From: Bacteroidales bacterium
Lineage (GTDB): Bacteria; Bacteroidota; Bacteroidia; Bacteroidales; VadinHA17
Length of the DNA: 64,000 bases
Direction: 5' to 3'
Assembly: GCA_034521735.1 (NCBI GenBank)
Contig: JAXHLX010000002.1
Location: 57,130 to 121,129 of the forward strand
Each line of letters starts with the position of its first letter. The stretch's first letter is position 1. The position numbers and the translations under genes are program-made. The notes beneath the pieces were generated by a model. It saw only the letters and a program-made list of their open reading frames with translations. It did no database searches and had not been told where the DNA came from. Below are positions 10,559 through 23,273 of the stretch, piece by piece.

Positions 10559-13500
10559 TTAACTTTTAATTATCTGACCAGGAGTTATAATGATTGAACT
10601 TAAAATATCTATGGCATGCTCAATATTCTTAATATTTTTTGCGGTAATGGTAAGTTTTCTTTCCGTTTGTTTTATCCTGAAGCGCCTGTGATTTTCATTC
10701 ACCAGTCTTATCAACTTCATAAAAGTATTACTTTCATAAAAACCGAGAGTCAGGGTCTGAGATAAAATGCATGACCATTCTTTCGTTCCTAACCACCAAT
10801 TTTCTCAACAGCCATGCGGCATGCCAGTCGCCTCAGCCTTACCAGATTAAGCAGATCATCTAGCCGGGACGGGCAGTGTGCCGAACCTGTCAGTCCAGCT
10901 TTTCCCTGAAAGCTATCCAGTTCATCATCAGCTTTCAATATTATTCAGCTCCTTGTAAAGCCTTATCCTCTCTGATATATTTGATACATAATAATCCGGG
11001 AACATTATTTCCATGATCGGTGTCGATCTGGCAATCGTTAAGGTAGCCTTCTTCCACCTTTGCTTTTTTTCCACTGTGGCGCGGTCAGTTGTACCAGGAA
11101 TGATATCCCTCAGTTCTTCAGCTTCTCTGATCTCCTGCATAGCTTCATCAAGGATTCTCTGGTACGTCTCAAAACCCACATCTGCAATAAAGCCGCTCTG
11201 TTCGGCTCCGAGCAGATTACCTGAGCCCCGTGATGTCAAGATCCTGCATGGCAGATATTGAAGCCGCTGCCCAGTTCCGCAAATTCTTCAATAGCTTTCA
11301 GTCTCCGCTGGGCCTCACTGTGTAAGCAGATTCAGGGGCGGAGCCAGGAGGTAACAGAAAGCTTTCCTGTTTGATCTGCCAACACGTCCCCGTCAGCTGG
11401 TGCAGGTCAGATAATCCGAAATGATGGGCATTATTGATAAATATGGTGTTGGTATTGGGGATATCCAGGCCTGATTCAATTATTGTTGTGGCAATCAGAA
11501 CGTCATAATCGCCGTGAACAAAGTCAAACATGATGTTTTCAATCTGTCTTACCCTCCATCTGTCCATGGACTACTGCCGTTTTGATACCCGGCAGTATAC
11601 GGTTTATCATTTGCTCTGATGTCTCCTATGATGGTGTCCACCCGGTTATGGATAAAGAAAACCTGGCCATTTCGGTTAAGTTCATATTCAATGCCCTCCT
11701 TTATGATTTCTTCATTGAAGCCGTGCATCTTCGGTAACGATGGGCATTCTGTTGGGTGGCGGGGTATTGATTACTGACATGTCGCGTGCACCCATAAGGG
11801 AAAACTGCAGGGTTCTGGGTATGGGAGTGGCTGTAAGTGTAAGGGTATCCACATTTGTCCTCATACTTTTGAGTTTTTCCTTAACAGCCACACCGAAACG
11901 CTGCTCCTCGTCTATTACCAGCAGGCCCAGGTCCTTAAATCCAATCTCTTTGCCTACAAGCTTGTGGGTGCCTATGATTATGTCGAGTTCACCTTTCTTA
12001 AGCTTGCCGGCTATTTCCTTTTGTTGCGATGCCTTCCTGTGCCTGCTGATGTAATCTATACTAACCGGAAAATTTGCCAGTCGTGAACTGAAAGTCTGAT
12101 AATGTTGTAAAGCCAGTATGGTTGTAGGTACGAGAATGGCTGTCTGCTTATTATCAGTAGCGGCCTTGAATGCTGCCCTTATGGCAATTTCTGTCTTCCC
12201 GAAACCCACATCACCGCATATCAGCCTGTCCATGGGATGAGGCTTCTTCCATATCTTCCTTTACAGCCCTTGTGGCAGCAAGCTGATCGGGGGTGTCTTC
12301 ATAAATGAAAGATGCTTCGAGCTCTCTCTGCAGGTAAGAGTCGGGGGAATACCTGTAACCATCCACTTCCCTTCTCTTTGCGTAAAGGAGGATGAGGTCG
12401 CGTGCAATATCTTTTATCTTGTTCTTTGTCCGTGACTTTAAGTTTCTGCCATGCACCCGTTCCCAGCTTGTATATACGTGGTTCCCCACTATCCCTGCCC
12501 TTGTATTTTGATATCCTGTGGAGAGCATGTATGCCTACATAGAGTGTGTCGTTATCCCTGTAAACAAGTTTTATGTTTTCCTGTATTTTCCCGTTTATTT
12601 CAACTTTTTCAAGACCTCCGAATTTACCTATGCCATGGTCTACATGAACCACATAATCGCCCGGGTTAAGGCTTGTCAGTTCTTTCAGACTCAGGCTTTC
12701 CTTGCCAGAGAAAATGCCCTTGATCCTGAATTTATGGTAACGATCAAATATCTGGTGATCTGTGAACACAGCAGATGCCCAGATCGTGCTCAGTGAAACC
12801 CTCGTGCAGGTTAAAAAAGCCGGTATTGAAGGCCAGCCCGGGGTTAATTTCCGCGAAGATATCTCTTATCCTTTTGATCTGGCTCTCACTCTCTGATATT
12901 ATAAGGTTGGTATATCCTCTTTGGCTGTTCTCAAGCAGCTTTTTACCCAGCAATTCAAAATCCTTATTAGAATGATGGCTGGGGCGCAGATATTGAATTT
13001 TATGCAGAACTTTGTAACATTATTGGCACCATGACCTGCTGAAAACTCAATTATCCTGAGTTTTAGAGACTTGATTCAAAATGATCGCCGGATATTGCAT
13101 ATTCAGCTTTATCTTTATTAATGATTTAGCATCTTCACCTTCTATGACCAGTCTGACTGATAGATATTCTCAATCCTTTCTTATATATAAGGCTGTAACT
13201 CATCCATCCAGATCACAGATGAAGGAGGTATAAATCCGCTGATATCCGCATGGGTTTTTTCAATTGTAATATCCTGTATGTTAGGCACTATAAATATTTC
13301 CTTCATCTTTTCGACGGACAGCTGGTCTATCGGGGTTGAATGAGCGTATGGATTCAACATCATCACCGAAGAAATCTATCCTGCAGGGCCTGTCGGAGGC
13401 AAAGGAGAAGATATCGATAATACTGCCGCGCACTGCAGTACTGCCCTGGGTCATAAACAAAATCAACCCTTGCGAATTTATATTCTACCAAAACTTCTTC

Positions 13501-13972
13501 AAGGAATTCCATCGACAGCCTGTCACCTTCACTGATCCGAAGGGTATTCTTACTGCAGCACCTTTTTGCTTATGACCTTCTCCATCACGGCTTCGGGGTG
13601 ACTGACAACTATGCATTTGCGTTTACCTTTGGCCAGGTAGTTGAGCACTTCTGTTCTCAGCACTATATTGGAGGCTTCAGTGCGGCCATACTGTATTGAC
13701 CGTTTATAGCTTGAGGGGAAAAAGAAGACCTGCTCATCGCCCAGTACCGGAACCAGGTCATTATAGAAATAAGCCGCATCCTCTTTCTCCGGCAATATAA
13801 CAAAATGAGTAGTGGCTACGGACCTGAATATGGATGATACAAATAGCGAGCGTGAAGAGCCTGCAAGGCCTTCAATAGCTATTTTCCCCTTTGATTCATC
13901 CTTGAGGTGGTTTTTAACCTTCTCTAATTTTGAATGGCCGGTGTAAAGACTGCCTAAATCTATCTTACTCAT
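10559..13972 (-). pseudogene. mfd: Transcription-repair coupling factor Mfd, broken by many frameshifts (probably consensus errors rather than a true pseudogene)
   Basis: Collinear fragments: [80 protein letters not shown]. Start MSKIDL at 13972, stop TAA at 10559-10561. Confidence 0.9.
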
Positions 13973-13991
13973 ATCATCCGGAAAAGAAGGG

Positions 13992-14055
13992 CAAAAATAG
14001 TCAAGATTTTTCAGCTTAACTAAAATATTCATTTAATGCTAAATGACTATCTTTG
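13992..14055. promoter_or_regulatory. Divergent TAnnTTTG promoters for mfd and the susD-like gene
   Basis: TATTTTTG on the minus strand at about 13992-13999; TATCTTTG on the plus strand at 14048-14055. Confidence 0.6.
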
Positions 14056-14072
14056 ATTATATGATATCAGCC

Positions 14073-15577
14073 ATGAAAATCAAGACAACAATATTTCTGG
14101 CCTATCTGGCTGTCATTATTGCCTCTAGCAGCTGTATTAACTGGGATAATGTGAACGGGAAGAGGATCCGGACCCTACCTGGTCGCCTGATAATCCTGAA
14201 AAGGTAATGGAACTTGCCGGCACTTCCTTCCGCACCTGGCATAATGCGATTCACTCGGACAGGAGCGTAGCTCTTGCCATGGCAACCATGGCTGACCACA
14301 TTACATGCATTTGGCCAAATTATGCCATGAGAGAGCTTTCTCTGGAACCGCGGACAGTATCTTTTAATAACAGTACGTCCTATGAGTACTATTTTATTAT
14401 TTCAGACCAGTGGAAAAATTCGTATAAGGCCAATGGGGATGCCTGCTATGCCCTTAAGCAGCTCTATGGGGGGATGAATTTTGGGAGCGGGGGCTACGAT
14501 AACAGGCTGGTTGAAGCATTCAGCTGGTTTGTTGCAGGTGTGACACATGGTTACCTCGGGCTGGTATTCGATAAGGCTGTTGTAGTGTACTGGGATACTG
14601 ATCTGGCAAGCATCGAGCTGAGCAGCTGGCAGGAAGTAATTGATGAATCGCTTCTGATGCTCGACAGGGCCATTGAAATAGCAGATGCAAACCAGTTTGA
14701 TGTACCGGAAGAATGGGTGGCGGGACAGGCAATGACCAATGTGGAACTCTCACAACTGGCAAACTCATATGCAGCAAGGATACTGGCCTACAGCTCCAGG
14801 ACAAAAGCACATAATGATGCATTGGACTGGACAAAAGTGCTCGATTATGCTCAAAATGGCATAGACTGGGATTTCGCTCCTTATCTGGGTGACCTGTACG
14901 ACTGGTATGATAAATATTACCTCTATGCCACATGGCCTGGCTGGGAAAGGGTGGATCACAGGATAATTAACCTGATGGATCATAGTTTTCCTTCCAGGTG
15001 GCCGGCAGATAATGAATCATGGAACACACCGGATGGTAACTTCCCGAATCCGGCCACTCCGGGAGATAATCGTTTGCTTACGGATTATTATTGGAGAATT
15101 GATAGTAACTTTCCCACATATCTCTATTATCTCTGGTCCAAGTATTGTTACAAGAGGTATGAAGATGTGTTAATTCCCCCGGGCTGTGAGGGGCACAGGC
15201 CCAGCTTCCTGGCCTGGGAAGTCAAACTGCTGGAGGCTGAAGCTTTACTAAGGACGGGAGACACTGCCGGGGCCCTGGATATACTTAATGACCCTGCCGG
15301 GCCACGTAAGGTGCGTGGCGGGTTACCCGATGTCCTGCCCGAAGATGATATTCTCAGGTATATACTTGACGAGAAGGAAGTAGAATGCTATCTTACAGGA
15401 GCAGGTATTTCTTTTTACGATATGAGAAGAACTGACAGGTTACAGCCGGGAACCCTCTTACATTTCCCTGTACCGGCTGAAGAACTTTCGCTGATGGAGA
15501 TGCCTCATTATACAATCAGTGCAGTAGCTGACGGAATACAGGGCTCAGCCGGTGGCTGGACAGGCTACGATGAGTAA
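14073..15577 (+). CDS. RagB/SusD family outer-membrane lipoprotein (one frameshift near 14150-14160)
   Basis: N-terminal MKIKTTIFLAYLAVIIASSSC lipoprotein signal is out of frame with ORF 14207..15577. C-terminal SusD motifs: EVKLLEAEALLR, ILDEKEVECYLTG..FYDMRR, HFPVPAEEL. Confidence 0.8.
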
Positions 15578-15633
15578 GGTCTGGCTCTTTAAATTGAAGG
15601 TTCAGCCAGAGACTGGAAGGCTACGATGAATAG
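15535..15633 (+). repeat. Imperfect direct repeat of the susD 3' end (about 41-43 bp)
   Basis: atacagggctcagccggtggctggacaggctacgatgagtaa (to 15577) versus attgaaggttcagccagagactgga-aggctacgatgaatag (15593-15633). Confidence 0.7.
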
Positions 15634-15636
15634 CGA

Positions 15637-16650
15637 TCAGCTGTTTAAACGGATAAACTCTTCTACTTTTTCCATCATATCTTTGGATCCGACAAAATAC
15701 GGGGTCTTCTGATGCAGTGATTTCGGCTCAAGTTCCAGTATCCTTCTGTAGCCGTCGCTTGCCTTGCCCCCGGCTTTTTCCGCAATGAATGCTATGGGGT
15801 TGCATTCATACAGCAGCCTGAGCTTGCCCTCAGGATGGGCTTCACTCTGGGGATACATATATATTCCTCCCTTCAGAAGATTGCGGTGGAAATCGGAAAC
15901 CAGCGATCCTATATACCTTGATGTATAGGGCCTGCCTGTAGCTTTATCTTTGTCCTGGCAGTATTTGATATATTTTTTTACCCCGTCCGGGAACTTGATA
16001 TAATTGCCTTCGTTAACGGAATATATTATTCCCTTTTCCGGCATGGTAAGGTCGGGATGGGAAAGGCAGAATTCACCCAGCGAGGGGTCCAGGGTAAAGC
16101 CATTGACCCCGTTACCCGTGGTATATACCATCATGGTTGATGAACCGTATATGATATAACCTGCAGCAACCTGTTTTGTGCCTTTTTGCAGAAAATCAGC
16201 ATCAACGGCCGTTGTTCCTTTTTCCGAAATGCGTGTGTAGATGGAGAAAATTGTTCCTACCGATACATTCGCTTCAATATTCGATGAGCCGTCGAGAGGG
16301 TCAATGCATACAATATACTTACCCGTTACTGCAAATTCATGTGTGAAGGTAATGATATTCTGGTTCTCCTCTGTGGCTATGCCGCAGCATTCACCGCTTG
16401 AATGAAGGGCGCTGATAAACACCTCATCGGCATATACATCGAGCTTTTGCTGGTCTTCGCCCTGTACATTAATCTTGCCTGCCCTGCCAATGATATCGGC
16501 CAGGCCGGCTTTCCGGATCTTGCTGCTGACCATCTTGGCTGCCGTGCCCATATGGTGAAGCAGGCGTGAGAACTCTCCTTTTGCTTCAGGATAATCTTTT
16601 TGTCGGCGGATAATAAAATCATCAAGGGTTGTGATATTATAACTTTTCAT
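15637..16650 (-). CDS. fbp: Class 1 fructose-1,6-bisphosphatase
   Basis: [45 protein letters not shown] motifs. Confidence 0.96.
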   Translation of the reverse strand: MKSYNITTLDDFIIRRQKDYPEAKGEFSRLLHHMGTAAKMVSSKIRKAGLADIIGRAGKINVQGEDQQKLDVYADEVFISALHSSGECCGIATEENQNIITFTHEFAVTGKYIVCIDPLDGSSNIEANVSVGTIFSIYTRISEKGTTAVDADFLQKGTKQVAAGYIIYGSSTMMVYTTGNGVNGFTLDPSLGEFCLSHPDLTMPEKGIIYSVNEGNYIKFPDGVKKYIKYCQDKDKATGRPYTSRYIGSLVSDFHRNLLKGGIYMYPQSEAHPEGKLRLLYECNPIAFIAEKAGGKASDGYRRILELEPKSLHQKTPYFVGSKDMMEKVEEFIRLNS

Positions 16651-16886
16651 ACTGGTAGGATTAATTGGGTTTAGGTGGTCATAAAGTTACAAATTTGACC
16701 TGAGAAAACTGTTATCAGAATAATAATTACTTTTAAAACCTTAATTTTGGGATAATAATTCGGGCAGGATAAGAATGAACGGAGTGTAGCTTTTTATGAA
16801 TGAGGTGAATAGTACCAGGACAGACATCCTCATGAGAGAGGGCTAAATAAGTGAAGCCTTCTTGTGAGCAAGGTGAATTAAATTTT

Positions 16887-18149
16887 ATGCAGATGAGAGT
16901 TTTTAAATTCGGGGGAGCATCAGTAAAGGATGCTGATGCAATACGTAATATGGGGAAGATAGTCGCAGGCTTCGATCTGCCACTGGTGATTGTGGTGTCG
17001 GCTTTAGGCAAAACAACCAACGCACTTGAGGAAGTTGTTAACTCAAAATATGACAGGTCGGCTGATCCTGTATTATTACTCAGGAAGATATACGATTATC
17101 ATCTTTCCGTAATAGAGGATCTGGGCTTGGAGGAAGAGGAGATGATGAGCTTTATGGATTCTTCCTTTCATAGTGTAGCTGATTTCCTGGCAAATAATGA
17201 GCCCCTGGATTATGATCTTGAATATGACCAGGTGGTGCCGGCGGGTGAATTATGGTCGAGCCGCATAATTGCCTCCTGGCTGAAGAAGGAGGGATATGGC
17301 TGCAGGTGGGTGGATATAAGAAAAGTGTTGCTTACAGACAATAGATACAGGGATGCCAATATTCTATGGTCTGAATCGGAGGCTCTGGTAAGAGACACTC
17401 TGCTGGGAGATAAAGCGGATATTTTCCTTACCCAGGGTTTTATAGGCGGTACCGGCGACGGGATGTCAACAACACTGGGACGCGAAGGGTCGGATTATAC
17501 TGCTGCCGTGCTTGCCAGTATGATTGATGCTTCAGAGGTGCAGGTATGGAAAGATGTTCCGGGTGTTCTTAATGCCGATCCCAAATGGCTTGATGACGCT
17601 GTCATACTCAGGCAGCTAAGTTATAAGGATGCCGTGGAGATGTCTTTCTCGGGGGCCAAGATAATACATCCCAAGACCATCAAGCCCCTGCATAATAAGG
17701 GTATCCCCTTAATAGTGAGGTCATTTGCTGACAGTGCTGCAGGTGGGACGCTTATAAGCGGTGATGAGAGTGGGAGTCCCGATCTGCCTGTGTTCATCAA
17801 AAAAGAGAAGCAGATACTCATCTCTGTACTGTCACGCGATTTCTCCTTTGCCATAGGTGATAACCTGTCCAGGATCTTCAGCTTCTTTTACGAATATGGC
17901 ATAAAGGCCAATATGGTGCAGGCAAGTGCCGTAAGCGTTGCCCTGTGTGCTGATGATGACGGCAGGAGGATACGCGGGCTTATTGCCGAGCTGGAGAAGG
18001 AGTACAGGATTATTTATAACAGCGGGGTGGAAATGCTTACCATCAGGGCTTACACTGATGAGGCCATAGCTAAGGTATGCGGGGGCCGTGAGATGCTTAT
18101 GGAGCAAAAGACACGGCGTACAGTGCGTTTTGTTGTTAAGATGCACTGA
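16887..18149 (+). CDS. lysC: Aspartate kinase
   Basis: VFKFGGASV, VVSALGKTTN, TTLGREGSDYTAA, WKDVPGVLNADP, GAKIIHPKT. Real start probably ATG 16887 or 16893, not GTG 16851. Confidence 0.93.
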   Translation: MQMRVFKFGGASVKDADAIRNMGKIVAGFDLPLVIVVSALGKTTNALEEVVNSKYDRSADPVLLLRKIYDYHLSVIEDLGLEEEEMMSFMDSSFHSVADFLANNEPLDYDLEYDQVVPAGELWSSRIIASWLKKEGYGCRWVDIRKVLLTDNRYRDANILWSESEALVRDTLLGDKADIFLTQGFIGGTGDGMSTTLGREGSDYTAAVLASMIDASEVQVWKDVPGVLNADPKWLDDAVILRQLSYKDAVEMSFSGAKIIHPKTIKPLHNKGIPLIVRSFADSAAGGTLISGDESGSPDLPVFIKKEKQILISVLSRDFSFAIGDNLSRIFSFFYEYGIKANMVQASAVSVALCADDDGRRIRGLIAELEKEYRIIYNSGVEMLTIRAYTDEAIAKVCGGREMLMEQKTRRTVRFVVKMH

Positions 18150-18168
18150 TATTTCCTTTTGTCAAAAA

Positions 18169-18708
18169 TTATTTCTTCCTGTCAAAAAAGGGATTCTTTG
18201 ATTTTGCGCTCAGGGGTATGCCGTATGCTATCTTTACCTCAGGCTCAAATATGCCCAGATCCATTGCTGCCTGTCCCACAGTGTACATGATCCTGTTATC
18301 CGCCTTGTACTGCATGGCCGTGCTGACAGCCGATCCGACTGCTATTCCCAGATCACCTGTATTAAAGACGCAGGGAACATCGGGGTGCTTGCGCTTCTCA
18401 TCACAGTTCTTATATCCGCACATACCGCATTTTACCAGTCCCAGGGGCTCAATGGTGGTGCCCAGCAGTAATACTACGGGGGAGATCAGTATATTATCGG
18501 CATCCCTGCTGAAGAAAGCCTGATTATACTCCTCTGCTATCTCTTTCATCCTGGCAGCCATCTTTTCTATGCTTGCTCCCTGGGCTATCTGCATGACAAG
18601 GTTGTCCTGTCCGCGCCCTTTTGGAGCGGTGCGGGCTGCTATCATCATCTTTACTGCTATATCTTTCAGTCCTTCTCCTGTAAGCGTGTTTTCACCTGTT
18701 ATACTCAT
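18169..18708 (-). CDS. DUF2148 / ferredoxin-domain protein
   Basis: AARTAPKGRG, CGMCGYKNC, DLGIAVGSA, DNRIMYTVG, KNPFFDR motifs. Confidence 0.85.
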   Translation of the reverse strand: MSITGENTLTGEGLKDIAVKMMIAARTAPKGRGQDNLVMQIAQGASIEKMAARMKEIAEEYNQAFFSRDADNILISPVVLLLGTTIEPLGLVKCGMCGYKNCDEKRKHPDVPCVFNTGDLGIAVGSAVSTAMQYKADNRIMYTVGQAAMDLGIFEPEVKIAYGIPLSAKSKNPFFDRKK

Positions 18709-18791
18709 CTCGGTTTATTCTTTTATGTTTATTACTGTCGGGAATGTAAAAATAATACTTATGCCAGAAAGAGAAATGGGCGGGCGGCTTT

Positions 18792-20141
18792 TTATTTTTT
18801 TCTGTCGAATAATAGCAGTTCGCCCCTTACATCTTCTTCTATCCGGCCCCGGTCATAAACTGCCTGGCCGTTAACAAATGTTTTTTCCACCGAGGTGCTG
18901 AATGTCTGTCCGTGGAAAGGTGACCACCCGCATTTGTACAGTATATTATCCTTTGACACTGTCCATTCGCGGCCGGGATTCAGCAGGCAGAGGTCAGCCT
19001 TATATCCTTCCCGTATAAAGCCCCTGTCTTTTATATTAAAGATGATGGCCGGGTTATGGCACATCTTCTCCACTATCTTTTCGGTTTTTATCTTTCCCTG
19101 CTTTGATAATTCCATCATGGCAACAAGTGAATGCTGCACGAGTGGACCGCCCGAGGGAGCACCGGTATATGACTTCTGCTTCTCTTCAATCGTATGGGGT
19201 GCATGGTCGGTGGCAATGATATCTATCCTGTCATCATTAATGCTTTCAATAAGCGACTGCCTGTCCTTAGCTGTTTTGATGGCCGGGTTCCATTTAATAA
19301 GGCTGCCTTTTTCTTCATAATCGCTGTCATCAAACCAGAGGTGGTGAATGCAGGCTTCCGCAGTTATCCTCTTTTGGCCCGCCGGCAGGGTATTATCAAA
19401 AAGCCTTGTTTCATCAGCTGTTGATATATGCAGGATATGAAGCCTTGTATTATATTCTTCTGCCAGCTTAACTGCCAGTGATGATGATTTAAGACAGGCC
19501 TCCCTGCTTCTTATCAGGGGGTGGTAGCGCAAGGGTATATCATCACCGTACCTGCCCGTGTATAATTCCATATTCTTGCGTATGGTGGGCTCATCTTCGC
19601 AGTGGCATGCCACGGGTACCGGTGCTTGTTCAAATATGGCACGCAGGCTCTTAATATCATCCACCAGCATATTACCGGTGGAGGCCCCCATAAATACTTT
19701 TACCCCGCAGGTGGTGGCAGGGTCGGTATCTCTTATTTCACTTATATTATCATTTGTGGCCCCAAGGTAAAAGGAATAATTACACAAACAGCTTTCGGCT
19801 GCTCTTTCCTGCTTGGCTCTCAGGGCCTCCCTGTTTATTGTCTGTGGCATGGTATTGGGCATCTCCATGATGCTGGTTATACCTCCTGCCACTGCTGCGC
19901 GCGATTCGGAATTTATATCGGCTTTATGTGTGAGTCCGGGTTCCCTGAAATGTACCTGGTCGTCGATAATACCAGGCAGCAGCAGCATGCCCTCTGCTTC
20001 TATCACCTCGGTGTCGCGGGCAAAAGGTATCTCATCGCCGGCAGTGTAAATGGCTTTTATTCTGTCCTCTTCTATCAGCACACTGCCCCTGAACCGTTTG
20101 CCTTCATTTATTATTTCCGCCCCCTTAATCAGCTTTTTCAT
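18792..20141 (-). CDS. pyrC: Dihydroorotase
   Basis: PGIIDDQVHFREPG, EMPNT, KWNPAIK, ATDHAPH, KCGWSPF motifs. Confidence 0.92.
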   Translation of the reverse strand: MKKLIKGAEIINEGKRFRGSVLIEEDRIKAIYTAGDEIPFARDTEVIEAEGMLLLPGIIDDQVHFREPGLTHKADINSESRAAVAGGITSIMEMPNTMPQTINREALRAKQERAAESCLCNYSFYLGATNDNISEIRDTDPATTCGVKVFMGASTGNMLVDDIKSLRAIFEQAPVPVACHCEDEPTIRKNMELYTGRYGDDIPLRYHPLIRSREACLKSSSLAVKLAEEYNTRLHILHISTADETRLFDNTLPAGQKRITAEACIHHLWFDDSDYEEKGSLIKWNPAIKTAKDRQSLIESINDDRIDIIATDHAPHTIEEKQKSYTGAPSGGPLVQHSLVAMMELSKQGKIKTEKIVEKMCHNPAIIFNIKDRGFIREGYKADLCLLNPGREWTVSKDNILYKCGWSPFHGQTFSTSVEKTFVNGQAVYDRGRIEEDVRGELLLFDRKK

Positions 20142-20871
20142 GTCCGGGCTTTTTATATTGTTTGAAGAAACTCTTGTATTTCATTCTCAGCACTCCCCAG
20201 AGGGCTTCATTGAAAATGCCCCCGCTCATCTTTGAGGTGCCAAGCTTCCTGTCAGTGAATATTATAGGTATCTCCTTTATCCGGAAGCCGGATTTCCAGG
20301 TAGCGAATTTCATTTCTATCTGGAAGCCATAACCTTTTGATCTTATGCTGTCAAGATCAATTGTTTCGAGCACCTCCCTGCGATATGCCTTGAATCCTGC
20401 CGTGGTATCTTTTATGCGCATACCCGTCACTATCCTTACATATATTGAGGCGGCATATGACATCAGCACCCTGCCCAGCGGCCAGTCCACAACATTAACA
20501 CCCGATATATACCTCGATCCTATAGCCAGATCCACGCCGTTTTTACAGCTGTTATATAATCTTTCCAGGTCTTTTGGGTTATGGGAAAAATCGGCATCCA
20601 TCTCATATATTATTTCATATCCTTTGTCGATGGCCCATTTGAAACCTGTAATATATGCTGTACCCAGTCCCAGCTTGCCTTCCCGTCTTATAAGGTGTAG
20701 GTAAGTCCGGTCCTGCATAAGGCCTGCCACTATATCGCCTGTGCCGTCAGGTGAGTTATCATCAACAATAAGGATGTCAAATTCTGTTGAAAGGGAAGAA
20801 ATTGCATTTACAATATTCTGTATATTCTCTTTTTCGTTATATGTGGGTATTATTACGAGATTGCCGGGCAT
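20125..20871 (-). CDS. Polyprenol monophosphomannose synthase (GT2, DPM1-like)
   Basis: IIPTYNEKENI, VDDNSPDGT, GLGTAY, EMDADFSH, FTDRKLGTSKM motifs. Confidence 0.92.
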   Translation of the reverse strand: MPGNLVIIPTYNEKENIQNIVNAISSLSTEFDILIVDDNSPDGTGDIVAGLMQDRTYLHLIRREGKLGLGTAYITGFKWAIDKGYEIIYEMDADFSHNPKDLERLYNSCKNGVDLAIGSRYISGVNVVDWPLGRVLMSYAASIYVRIVTGMRIKDTTAGFKAYRREVLETIDLDSIRSKGYGFQIEMKFATWKSGFRIKEIPIIFTDRKLGTSKMSGGIFNEALWGVLRMKYKSFFKQYKKPGHEKAD

Positions 20872-21060
20872 CAGATCATGTCTTTAATACGCGAAAATAC
20901 TCAATTCGGACGGAATAGCATTAATATTGAAGGATAAAAATTCAAGGAAAGACCCGTCATCGTATTATTTTAGCGCTTACTGAAGACCTCAGCCGGAAGG
21001 GTGGTATTTGGGATTTGATTACCTCTTCAAATTTATTTTACATTATTTTGGTATAAAACT

Positions 21061-21090
21061 TTTGTGAATCAAAAAAGATGTCTATTTTTG
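21061..21090 (+). promoter_or_regulatory. rRNA operon promoter P1
   Basis: TTTG (21061-64), 18 nt spacer, TATTTTTG (21083-90). Confidence 0.75.
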
Positions 21091-21238
21091 CAGCCGCTTT
21101 CAGAGATAAAACGTTCATTTAATACTTGAGATCTGAGAATATTTCCGGGGCCTGCTTCGGGGAAGCAGCAAGAGAAGAGGGGATTTGATAAAGGGGGAAG
21201 GAGTTAAAGAGAAAAAAACCTGGGAGGTTCTCATTTTT

Positions 21239-21270
21239 TTTGTTTTAAGGGTCAAAAAGCAGTATCTTTG
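21239..21270 (+). promoter_or_regulatory. rRNA operon promoter P2
   Basis: TTTG (21239-42), 20 nt spacer, TATCTTTG (21263-70). Confidence 0.75.
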
Positions 21271-21381
21271 TCGGCCCTGTTACAGGAGAAAAAGCAATCC
21301 GGATAAGCGGATTGGGTCAAAAGGGAAACGAGAGAAAGACATATTAACCTTTTAGCGAAAAGGTTTAAACAATACAGAAAG

Positions 21382-21392
21382 AGTTCTTTGAA
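21382..21392 (+). promoter_or_regulatory. boxA antitermination element (second copy at 23520-23530)
   Basis: AGTTCTTTGAA in the leader and AGTTCTTTGAC before the 23S gene. Confidence 0.75.
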
Positions 21393-21495
21393 TTAATGAA
21401 GCACACAAAAATCCAGGCATAATTTAGGAAAATCACAACTAGTCAATAATCTTTTGTAAGGGTTTGACTCTTGAAGGTATTTAACATTATTTTAT

Positions 21496-23022
<1,527 letters not shown>

Positions 23023-23199
23023 CTGGAGAGAGAAGGACCTTTTACAGGATAGAGGGCTGGTAGTAATTTTCCGGCCTGGATTTTAAGTGCTTTATTATTT
23101 TAAAAAAAGAGAAAGACCGGAGCCAAAGTAAGCTCTGCGCTCGGATTTGAAAAAAAAGAAGGAGTTTTTACGGACATATTGTTATTTTTAGTAACAAAC

Positions 23200-23273
23200 A
23201 GTCCCATAGCTCAGCTGGTTAGAGCGCTACACTGATAATGTAGAGGTCCCCAGTTCAAATCTGGGTGGGACTA
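23200..23273 (+). tRNA. tRNA-Ile(GAT)
   Basis: AGTCCCA/TGGGACT acceptor stem, CTACA-CTGATAA-TGTAG anticodon arm, GTTCAAAT T-loop; CCA not encoded. Confidence 0.97.

Noticed and set aside
16760-16886. Canonical lysine riboswitch upstream of lysC
   Set aside because: Only fragments (GAGGTG, AGTA, GAGAGGG) resemble it; the region is too short and lacks the five-way junction. Kept only as a weak alternative-leader finding.
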